Positions 17,313 through 24,574 are shown, counted from the stretch's first letter. The stretch is 32,000 bases of DNA from Clostridiales bacterium (GCA_015056175.1 SVGT01000013.1:6984-38983); one strand, 5' to 3'. Numbers and translations are program-made. Notes: generated by a model not told the origin, from the letters alone.

Positions 17313-17971
17313 GGGGCTGTCCGCCCCAAACCCCGACCAGGAGGCTGAGCCTCCTGGACCTGCAGTGTTGGACGGACAAGCGTTATCATCCGGATTGCTT
17401 CCCAATGCGGCGGGCACTGTAGGGCGGGGGCTTGCATGCCTTTTTTGTTTGGGAAAAATGAGCGGATTTGTTGGGACATGTTGGAGCGATCCGCCGTTTT
17501 TTCCGTTTACGGAAAAAACGGGAACTTCATCGGCCAAGACCGTGAGAGAATGCATTCTCTCCACGGCTTGGATCGATGAAGGAGGCGCAGACGCGCAAAG
17601 CGCGTCCTGCCCCGGCGGATCGCCGCAGCGATGAATGTTGTTTTCAGATAAAAACAAGGGGACTGGTTGCGATTATAACAACAAGAAATAAGCGGAGCGG
17701 CAGCGGGAAGCTGACAGGAAATGTGTACAACCATGTCCGCTGCTGTGGGTGCAGGGGAACGGAGCCGAAGCGCGCCCTGGCCGGGCGGATCGCCGTAACG
17801 ATGAGTAGGGTTGGGGTATCTTCTCTACTGTTTTATCGGGAAATAGTATGAAATATCTTGTACCTGTGTCCGAAACGGTGGGTCAAGGGTGCTCAGCACC
17901 CTTGTAGGGGTCCAGGGGGCAACGCCCCCGGAAGTCCCTGCCGGGGGGGTGTGGGGCTGAGAAAGCCCCAC
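17313..17971. repeat. copy A of an ORF-free, hairpin-dense intergenic element of about 650 nt (unclassified; structured RNA or MITE-like)
   Basis: It shares ordered blocks with 29821-30461: 43/43 nt (17336-17378), 19/19 nt (17417-17435), 58/60 nt (17472-17531) and the right-end block (17933-17971). It has many perfect hairpins and no RBS-preceded ORF. Confidence 0.75.
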
Positions 17972-18023
17972 AAAGTCCCCGTTACGGGAGAAATGCAATC
18001 CTGATTTGGGCGAAAGCGAAGCG

Positions 18024-19121
18024 TTACACGTTGAAGCGGAACAGGGTGATATCGCCGTCCTGCATGACGTATTCCTTGCCTTCGGAGCGGATGAGGCCCT
18101 TTTCGCGGCAGGCGGCCATGCTGCCCAGCTCGTGCAGCGTATCAAAGGGCACGATCTCGGCGCGGATGAAGCCCCGTTCAAAATCGGTATGGATCTTGCC
18201 TGCGGCCTGGGGCGCCTTGGTGCCGCGGGTGATGGTCCAGGCGCGGCACTCGTCTTCGCCTGCGGTGAGGAAGGAGATGAGGCCCAGCAGCTTGTAGCAG
18301 GCCTTGACCAGACGGTCCAGACCGCTTTCGCCAATGCCCAGATCCTCCAGGAACATGGCCTTTTCATCGCCCTCCATCTGGGCGATCTCCTCCTCGATCT
18401 GGGCGGAGATGACCAGCACCTGAGCGCCTTCTGCATCGGCGGCGGCACGCACCTTGCCGACGAAGGGGTTGTTTTCTTCGGGCTCTGCCACCATATCTTC
18501 TGCGATATTGGCGGCGTAGATCACGGGCTTGGTGGTGAGCAGGAACCAGCCGCGGATGGTTTCCTGTTCTTCCTCATTGCAGGGGAAGGTGCGGCCGGGC
18601 TTGCCTTCTTCCAGATGGGTGAGCAGGCGCTGGGCCAGCTCCGCCTCGATCTGGTACTTTTTATCGCCGGTCTTGATCATCTTCTGGGCCTTTTCCATGC
18701 GCTTCTGCACGCTTTCCATATCGGCGAAGATGAGCTCCAGATTGATGGTTTCCATATCGCGGGCGGGATCGATGGAGCCGTCCACGTGGATGATGTTTTC
18801 ATCCTCAAAGCAGCGCACCACATGCACGATGGCGTCCACCTCGCGGATATGGGAGAGGAACTTGTTGCCCAGACCCTCGCCCCGGCTGGCGCCCTTCACC
18901 AGACCTGCAATATCCACAAATTCGATGACCGCGGGGGTCACCTTCTTAGGATGGTACATTTCATCCAGAACATGCAGCCTTTCATCCGGCACAGGCACGA
19001 TGCCCGTGTTGGGCTCGATGGTGCAGAAGGGATAGTTGGCCGCCTGGGCGCCCGCGCCGGTGATGGCGTTGAACAGCGTGCTTTTGCCCACGTTGGGCAG
19101 ACCTACGACGCCTAATTTCAT
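18024..19121 (-). CDS. ychF: redox-regulated/ribosome-binding ATPase YchF
   Basis: Start refined to 19121. Reads MKLGVVGLPNVGKSTLFNAIT...ANYPFCTIEPN...VDIAGLVKGAS...TAGEDECRAWT...FIRAE, and is full-length and canonical. Confidence 0.95.
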   Translation of the reverse strand: MKLGVVGLPNVGKSTLFNAITGAGAQAANYPFCTIEPNTGIVPVPDERLHVLDEMYHPKKVTPAVIEFVDIAGLVKGASRGEGLGNKFLSHIREVDAIVHVVRCFEDENIIHVDGSIDPARDMETINLELIFADMESVQKRMEKAQKMIKTGDKKYQIEAELAQRLLTHLEEGKPGRTFPCNEEEQETIRGWFLLTTKPVIYAANIAEDMVAEPEENNPFVGKVRAAADAEGAQVLVISAQIEEEIAQMEGDEKAMFLEDLGIGESGLDRLVKACYKLLGLISFLTAGEDECRAWTITRGTKAPQAAGKIHTDFERGFIRAEIVPFDTLHELGSMAACREKGLIRSEGKEYVMQDGDITLFRFNV

Positions 19122-19269
19122 GTGTACATACCTCAATTTTCTAAAGATTACGGCGGCGATGCGCCGGTAAATATCCAACTTATATTATACCGCCTTTCCC
19201 GTTCCGTGGCAAGAGGCGCAATGCAGGAAATGCACAATGTGCAATTTATGACGGAAAAGGGAAAAAGCC

Positions 19270-19298
19270 TTGCAAAGACGGGTGCAATCCCGTATAAT
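19270..19298 (+). promoter_or_regulatory. sigma-70-type promoter for the 19338 CDS
   Basis: TTGCAA (19270-19275), 17-nt spacer, TATAAT (19293-19298). Confidence 0.6.
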
Positions 19299-19337
19299 AA
19301 ACAGAGAAAAAAATCATCTTTTCAGGAGGTTATTTAT

Positions 19338-20186
19338 ATGAAGCCTTTCCATGTGGGCGCGATGCTGGAATCTTTCTGCATGCCCATCCCCGAAGCTCTC
19401 AAGACCGCCAAGGAAATGGGCGTTGAAGGTATCCAGGTGTACGCTTCCTTTGGCGAACTGACTCCCTCCAACATGACCGCCCAGAAGCGCAAGGACTTTT
19501 TGAACCTGGTGAAGGATCACGGCCTTAAAATCTCCGCCCTGTGCGGCGACCTGGGCCACGGCTTTGGCAATGCGGAAGAAAACCCCGGCCTGATCGTGGA
19601 AAGCAAGCGCATTGTGGATCTGGCCAAGGATCTGGAGACCGACGTGATCACCACCCACATCGGCGTGGTGCCCGCAGACCCCAAGCATCCCCGCTACGCC
19701 ATCATGCAGGACGCCTGCGGCCAGCTGGCTGAATATGCCGACAGCGTGCAGGCTCATTTCGCTGTGGAAACCGGCCCCGAAACCAGCGATGTGCTGGGCA
19801 ATTTCCTGGACGGCCTCCATTCCACCGGCGTGGGCGTCAACCTGGATCCCGCCAACCTGGTCATGGTCACCGGCGATGATCCCGCCAAGGCTGTGCACCG
19901 TCTGAAGAAGTACATCGTGCACACCCATGCCAAGGACGGCAAGAAGCTGTTTGACAAGGATCCCGAGATCATCTACGGTCTGGTGAAGGATGACGCGCTG
20001 GTTACCGACGCTGCGTTCATCGAGCTTGCGCTGGGCGACGGCGACGTGCCGTGGGAGCGCTACCTGATGGCGCTGGAAGAGATCGGCTACGAAGGCTTCC
20101 TGACCATTGAGCGCGAAGTGGGCGACAACCCTGTGGCCGATATCCGCAAGGCTGCCGAATTCCTTAAGGCCTATATTGCCAAGTAA
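19338..20186 (+). CDS. sugar phosphate isomerase/epimerase (xylose-isomerase-like TIM barrel)
   Basis: Start refined to 19338 (AGGAGG, 8 nt, ATG). AP_endonuc_2-like blocks are present (ITTHIG, HFAVETGPE, GVNLDPANL, HAKDG, LTIERE). Confidence 0.85.
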   Translation: MKPFHVGAMLESFCMPIPEALKTAKEMGVEGIQVYASFGELTPSNMTAQKRKDFLNLVKDHGLKISALCGDLGHGFGNAEENPGLIVESKRIVDLAKDLETDVITTHIGVVPADPKHPRYAIMQDACGQLAEYADSVQAHFAVETGPETSDVLGNFLDGLHSTGVGVNLDPANLVMVTGDDPAKAVHRLKKYIVHTHAKDGKKLFDKDPEIIYGLVKDDALVTDAAFIELALGDGDVPWERYLMALEEIGYEGFLTIEREVGDNPVADIRKAAEFLKAYIAK

Positions 20187-20194
20187 GTATTCAT

Positions 20195-20226
20195 GCGCCT
20201 CTCCCAAGGAGGAGGGGCGCTTTTTT
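20195..20226 (+). terminator. rho-independent terminator
   Basis: GCGCCTCTCC-caagga-GGAGGGGCGC followed by T6. Confidence 0.8.
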
Positions 20227-20244
20227 CATGAACGGAGAAGCAAA

Positions 20245-21453
20245 ATGGCGCAGAATGTACAAAAAAGCTATACCTGCCCGGTATCCAAGGTCTGCGGCGG
20301 CTGCCAGTGGATGGGCGAAAGCTACGCCCTGCAACTGGAAAAAAAGCAGCGCCGGGTGGAAGAGCTGCTCAAGGGCGTCTGCCCGGTGATCCGCCCCATC
20401 GTGGGCATGGAAAACCCCTGCCACTACCGCAACAAGGTGCACGCCGCCTTTGCGGAGGACGAGCGGGGCCGCATCATCAGCGGCGTGTACGCTCCGGGCA
20501 CCCACCGGGTGATCCCGGTGGAAAAATGCCTGCTGGAGGATGAACGGGCGGACGAAGTGATCGGCGTCATCCGGAAGCTGATGGACAAATTCCGCATCCG
20601 CCCCTACGATGAGGACAGCGGGCGGGGGCTTTTGCGCCATGTGCTGATCCGGGTGGGCAAAAGGACGGGGCAGATGCTGGTGGTGCTGGTCATCGGCAAC
20701 AGCCATTTTCCCGCCCGCAGCGCCTTTGTGCAGCAATTGGTGAAGGAATGCCCCTTTATTACCTCGGTGGTGGTGAATCTGAACGGCTTCAAAACCTCCA
20801 TGGTGCTGGGCCCCTCCTCCCGCACGGTGTACGGCAAGGGCTTTATTGAGGACGAGCTGTGCGGCAAGCGCTTTGCCATATCGCCCCAGAGCTTTTATCA
20901 GATCAACCACAGCCAGACGGAAAAGCTCTATTCCCTGGCGGTCCATTATGCCCAACTGACGGGCAGGGAGCGGCTGCTGGACGCCTACTGCGGCATCGGC
21001 ACCATTGGCTTGGTGGCGGCGGACAGGGCGGGCGAGGTGATCGGCGTGGAGCTGAACAAGGACGCCGCCGAGGACGCCGTGCGCAACGCCCGGCGCAATC
21101 ATGCGGACAATGCCAGGTTCTATCAGGGCGACGCGGGCCATTTTATCCGCGGCATGGCGGCCCGGAAAGAGCATCTGGACGTGGTGATGATGGATCCGCC
21201 CCGGGCCGGCAGCGACGAGAAGTTCTTAAAGAGCGTGTGCATGCTGAAGCCCGAACGGGTGGTGTACGTCAGCTGCATGCCGGAAACGCTGGCGCGGGAC
21301 CTGCGCTACCTGACGAAGAACGGCTACAGAGCCGTGGAGGCCACGCCGGTGGACATGTTCCCCCACACCCATCATGTGGAGACTGTAATCCTCTTAAGTC
21401 GGAAAGATGTCTACGAGCGAATCAAGTTTGATGTGAATGTTGAGGACCTGTAA
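20245..21453 (+). CDS. 23S rRNA (uracil-5-)-methyltransferase, RumA/RlmD family; the last ~25 codons come from AT-rich island DNA
   Basis: Start refined to 20245. It has the N-terminal Cys cluster CPVSKVCGGCQW, the SAM motif LLDAYCGIGTIGL, and MDPPRAG...VSCMPETLARDL...FPHTHHVETV. Base composition drops sharply from about 21380. Confidence 0.9.
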   Translation: MAQNVQKSYTCPVSKVCGGCQWMGESYALQLEKKQRRVEELLKGVCPVIRPIVGMENPCHYRNKVHAAFAEDERGRIISGVYAPGTHRVIPVEKCLLEDERADEVIGVIRKLMDKFRIRPYDEDSGRGLLRHVLIRVGKRTGQMLVVLVIGNSHFPARSAFVQQLVKECPFITSVVVNLNGFKTSMVLGPSSRTVYGKGFIEDELCGKRFAISPQSFYQINHSQTEKLYSLAVHYAQLTGRERLLDAYCGIGTIGLVAADRAGEVIGVELNKDAAEDAVRNARRNHADNARFYQGDAGHFIRGMAARKEHLDVVMMDPPRAGSDEKFLKSVCMLKPERVVYVSCMPETLARDLRYLTKNGYRAVEATPVDMFPHTHHVETVILLSRKDVYERIKFDVNVEDL

Positions 21454-21473
21454 GGCAGGTATGCCATACAACT

Positions 21474-21641
21474 TATCATAGCAAAAATAACTGCATTATA
21501 AATACTGCAAACAAAACTCTTATCGCTGGATGCAAAAATAGCATCATCCCTTCCGATGGAAGTGTGACAATTCTCGGAGATTCTGCATTTATAGATTGTA
21601 GTGCAATAAAAACAGTTGGTCGAGTTGACTTGAAAATTTAG
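21474..21641 (+). pseudogene. start-less fragment of a BspA-type leucine-rich-repeat (LRR_5) surface protein gene
   Basis: The frame open from 21444 to the TAG at 21639-21641 has no ATG. It reads YHSKNNCIINTANKTLIAGCKNSIIPSDGSVTILGDSAFIDCSAIKTV, which matches the LRR_5 pattern (..IP.sVt.IGd.AF..Cs.l..). Confidence 0.4.
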
Positions 21642-21694
21642 ACTTTCTGCAGTATAATATATTATGAATTTTTATGCTTAGGAGGTGACTGCGA

Positions 21695-22777
21695 ATGGAA
21701 TATTTGGTTTCAGAATATCTCGCATCCGAGACCATAGACCCACTTTTCTTGGTGGGAGATGCTCTTGATGTATTAAAAAATATTCCAGATAACAGCATTG
21801 ATTGTTGTATAACAAGTCCTCCTTATTGGAACAAGAGACAATATGCAAATGGCGGAATAGGTCTGGAAAAGGATTACAATGACTATATTTCCGCACTTGT
21901 TGAAATATTTATGGAAGTACACCGAGTATTAAAACCAACTGGTTCTTTCTGGCTCAATATTGGCGATACTTACCACAAAAAATCATTGCTCAATATTCCT
22001 TGGAGAGTTGCAATTGAATTGACTGACCGAGGGTGGATTCTTCGTAATACTGTCATATGGAACAAAGTAAAAGGCGGTTTAGATAATACTGAAGACCGTT
22101 TAAGAAACATCTATGAACCTGTTTTTCATTTCGTAAAAAAAGCAAAGGGATATTATTACGATATTGACAGTGTAAGAAACACACCGCAAAGCACAAAGGT
22201 TGTAAAAGGTGCAGTGGTCTCTGCGACAGGGGTTACGGGTGTTAGCTACAAAAGAAAAATAGAGTTATCAACTGTGCTGACAGATGAGCAAAAGAAGAAT
22301 GCTTATGCAGCACTTGAGGATATGCTGGAAAAGGTCCGTCTTGGCGAAGTGTCAGATTTTAGAATGATAATCAAAGGAGCTCAGCGAACCACTCATTCTG
22401 ATTCTGAAAAGGTTTCCGGTCGTGCAAAGGAACTGCATGAAAAAGGATTCTATTTCTTAAAGTGCAATCCTAAAGGGAGCAAACCCTCCGATGTTTGGGA
22501 TATACTGCCAGAAGATACTCAAAAGCGAACCACTCATTTTGCACCTTATCCAGAAGATTTGTGCCGAACACCAATTATACTTACCTGTCCCAAAGATGGT
22601 GTTGTACTTGACCCATTTGCAGGAACAGGAACCTCTTGTTTGGTTGCATTAGAATACAACAGAAAATCAATCGGCATAGAAATCGCAGATGAATATGTGG
22701 TAGCTGCCAAAGAAAGATGCCAAAAGAAGGTGGAAGATTATGAGCAAAGTCAAAGAACTATTTGGGATTTATTGTAG
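21695..22777 (+). CDS. type II DNA methyltransferase, beta class (N4-cytosine or N6-adenine; SPPY favours m4C)
   Basis: Motif IV is DCCITSPPYWN near the N-terminus and motif I is VLDPFAGTGTSCLVA near the C-terminus (IV before I, so beta order; Pfam N6_N4_Mtase-like). RBS AGGAGG. The DNA is AT-rich. Confidence 0.9.
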   Translation: MEYLVSEYLASETIDPLFLVGDALDVLKNIPDNSIDCCITSPPYWNKRQYANGGIGLEKDYNDYISALVEIFMEVHRVLKPTGSFWLNIGDTYHKKSLLNIPWRVAIELTDRGWILRNTVIWNKVKGGLDNTEDRLRNIYEPVFHFVKKAKGYYYDIDSVRNTPQSTKVVKGAVVSATGVTGVSYKRKIELSTVLTDEQKKNAYAALEDMLEKVRLGEVSDFRMIIKGAQRTTHSDSEKVSGRAKELHEKGFYFLKCNPKGSKPSDVWDILPEDTQKRTTHFAPYPEDLCRTPIILTCPKDGVVLDPFAGTGTSCLVALEYNRKSIGIEIADEYVVAAKERCQKKVEDYEQSQRTIWDLL

Positions 22778-23576
22778 TGAAAATGCAAATGTGACTGGTG
22801 CTCTCGCCTCTCAAATCTGTCCATACTCAAATAAAAAGTGCTATAAAACGAGAAAAAGTGACCCCGATACTGCAATAGGCACTTGTACTGTTTCGTATCA
22901 AAACAAAGACATTATTATCTGTCCTAATCGTTTAACGGAAAACAGTCAAATATTTATGGATTGCATCCATCTCCTCACATTGCACGAACCAGGCAATGAA
23001 CTCTATGTTCTCCCCGAAATTTCAATTCCTGGTGGCAATGTTGACTATTTCCTTGTTTCTGTGAAAGATGGCAAGGTAAAAGATTTCATTGGAATTGAAC
23101 TGCAGACCATGGATACAACAGGCACAGTTTGGCCTGAAAGACAGAAACTGCTTAATGAATACGGCATTGCCGTTGATGAAGCAGATGTTAGAAACACAAA
23201 GTCTTTCGGAATGAACTGGAAAATGACTGCAAAGACCATTCTGATTCAGATGCACCACAAGACAAAAACATTTGAGAATTTGAACAAGCATCTTGTTCTG
23301 ATTATTCAGAAACCGTTTTTTGAATACATGAACAGAGAGTTTTCGTTCGCTCACATAACCGGTGCCAGAATTGGAGACTCCGCACATTTCCATTCTTATG
23401 ATTTTAAGAATATTGGTAATAGATTAAAACTGACCTTGGACACCAGAGTAAGTACAGATTCTGATGGTATTTTTCAATGTCTCGGTCTTAATGCCGAAGC
23501 AAACGTTGCACTCGAAGATATAATTGCAACTCTTGAGAAAAAACTAAGTGAAGAGTATCTGCTCAGACTGCAATAA
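22740..23576 (+). CDS. type II restriction endonuclease, NotI-family-like
   Basis: It overlaps the methyltransferase gene by 38 nt and has RBS GGTGGA 5 nt upstream. The N-terminal Cys cluster is ICPYSNKKCYK...GTCTV...ICPNRL and the block IGIELQTMDTTG follows. These resemble the CPF..C.K..GVC..CPNR and LEIQTMDFHG blocks I recall from NotI. Confidence 0.7.
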   Translation: MSKVKELFGIYCSENANVTGALASQICPYSNKKCYKTRKSDPDTAIGTCTVSYQNKDIIICPNRLTENSQIFMDCIHLLTLHEPGNELYVLPEISIPGGNVDYFLVSVKDGKVKDFIGIELQTMDTTGTVWPERQKLLNEYGIAVDEADVRNTKSFGMNWKMTAKTILIQMHHKTKTFENLNKHLVLIIQKPFFEYMNREFSFAHITGARIGDSAHFHSYDFKNIGNRLKLTLDTRVSTDSDGIFQCLGLNAEANVALEDIIATLEKKLSEEYLLRLQ

Positions 23577-23577
23577 A

Positions 23578-23603
23578 AGCGGGTCCATATGGACCTGCTT
23601 TTT
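23578..23603 (+). terminator. rho-independent terminator ending the R-M cassette
   Basis: AGCGGGTCC-atat-GGACCTGCT followed by TTTTT. Confidence 0.8.
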
Positions 23604-23699
23604 CTATAAATTTCCTCACAAGTTTTTCTGTACATAATATAGGTAAAGCGGAGAGCGATTCTGCAGTTTGCAATCGTGGAATTATCGGAGGATGCGCTG

Positions 23700-24023
23700 A
23701 TGATCGGCAGCATGGTGAAAGTGATCGTGGACAGACCGCTTGGAACTTTTCATCCCAGGCATCCGGACATCTTCTATACCGTCAACTACGGCTATATTCC
23801 CGGCGTCTTTGCGCCGGACGGCGAGGAGCAGGATGCCTACATTTTGGGCGTCCACGAGCCGGTCGGGGAATTTGTGGGAAAAGTGATTGCCATCATTCAC
23901 CGGTTTGACGACGTGGAGGAAAAATGGGTGGTGGCGCCGGAAAATGTTTCCTACACCAAGGATGAAATCATGGAGCAGGTGGCATTTCAGGAGCAATACT
24001 TTCGCACAGAGATCAGAATGTAA
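23700..24023 (+). CDS. short inorganic-pyrophosphatase-like protein
   Basis: Start refined to 23700 (GGAGGA, 7 nt, ATG). DGEEQDAYILG and GKVIAIIHRFDDVEEKWVVAP resemble the DGDPLDVLV and D.KI.AV blocks of family I PPases. At 107 aa it is truncated relative to canonical enzymes. Confidence 0.65.
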   Translation: MIGSMVKVIVDRPLGTFHPRHPDIFYTVNYGYIPGVFAPDGEEQDAYILGVHEPVGEFVGKVIAIIHRFDDVEEKWVVAPENVSYTKDEIMEQVAFQEQYFRTEIRM

Positions 24024-24048
24024 CGGCTCCAAGCGGCAGGGAGAAGCA

Positions 24049-24561
24049 ATGGACAAGGGAAGGATCATCTTTTTGAACGGCGTGACCAGCGCCGGGAAGA
24101 CCTCCATCGTGGAGGCGCTGCAAAACCGGGACGACGTGTTCTTTTATGTGGTGGCCAACGATCTGTTTCAGGAGACGGTGGGGGAAAAATTTCTGCGGGA
24201 AAACTACTGGAAGTACCTGAGCGAGGCGATCCTGCTGATGTATCATACCGCCAAACTGTTTTCCGATATGGGAAAATGTGTGCTCATCGACGGCATACTG
24301 GTTGAGCGGGAGGAGCTCAGGCCCCATTACGGGCAGCTGCTGGAGATCTTAAAGGACAATCCGCTGGACATTGTGGAGGTGTACTGCCCGCTGGACATTT
24401 GCCGTCAGCGCAATATTGCAAGGGGCGATCGGTACGAAAGCCAGTCCCGGGAGCAGCATGACCTGATGGCGAAAGATATCCGCTACAGCATGCGGGTGGA
24501 GACTCATCTGCATACGCCGGAGGAGTGCGCGGAAAAGATCGTGCAGACACTGATGAAATAA
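24049..24561 (+). CDS. P-loop kinase, chloramphenicol-phosphotransferase-like (CPT family)
   Basis: Start refined to 24049. IIFLNGVTSAGKTSIVEALQ (Walker A) and NIARGDR parallel IILNGGSSAGKSGIV and ARGDR of Streptomyces CPT as I recall it. Confidence 0.7.
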   Translation: MDKGRIIFLNGVTSAGKTSIVEALQNRDDVFFYVVANDLFQETVGEKFLRENYWKYLSEAILLMYHTAKLFSDMGKCVLIDGILVEREELRPHYGQLLEILKDNPLDIVEVYCPLDICRQRNIARGDRYESQSREQHDLMAKDIRYSMRVETHLHTPEECAEKIVQTLMK

Positions 24562-24574
24562 GGGGGAAAACTGT

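Noticed and set aside
17271-17657. Minus-strand ORFs across the two repeat copies (17271-17657 and 29843-30463) share peptide blocks such as DEVPVFSVNGKN.GSL.HVP.NPL.FPKQ and CPSNTAGPGGSASW. A short plus-strand ORF (MLERSAVFSVYGKNGNFI / MFERSAVFSVYGKNGNFI) is also shared.
   Set aside because: The shared peptides simply mirror the conserved nucleotide blocks; the palindromic hairpin gives VFSV.GKN on both strands. There is no RBS, the composition is not protein-like, and the variable segments change in a base-pair-preserving rather than residue-preserving way. I cannot fully exclude a micro-ORF; Ribo-seq would settle it.
17600-17880. Hammerhead-like (CGATGAG ... CGAAAC) and group II intron domain-V-like (GGAGCCGAAG) strings inside the repeat element.
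   Set aside because: The strict hammerhead core CUGAUGA is not present (the sequence is UCGAUGA). There is no GUGYG 5' end and no properly paired domain-V helix, so these are only superficial resemblances.
17306-17980. An 8-nt inverted match just outside copy A (GGGGACTT at 17306-17313 and AAGTCCCC at 17973-17980), considered as a closing helix or terminal repeat.
   Set aside because: It is not reproduced at copy B's flanks, and G/C-rich 8-mers pair by chance easily in this DNA. I noted it but did not use it to set the boundaries.
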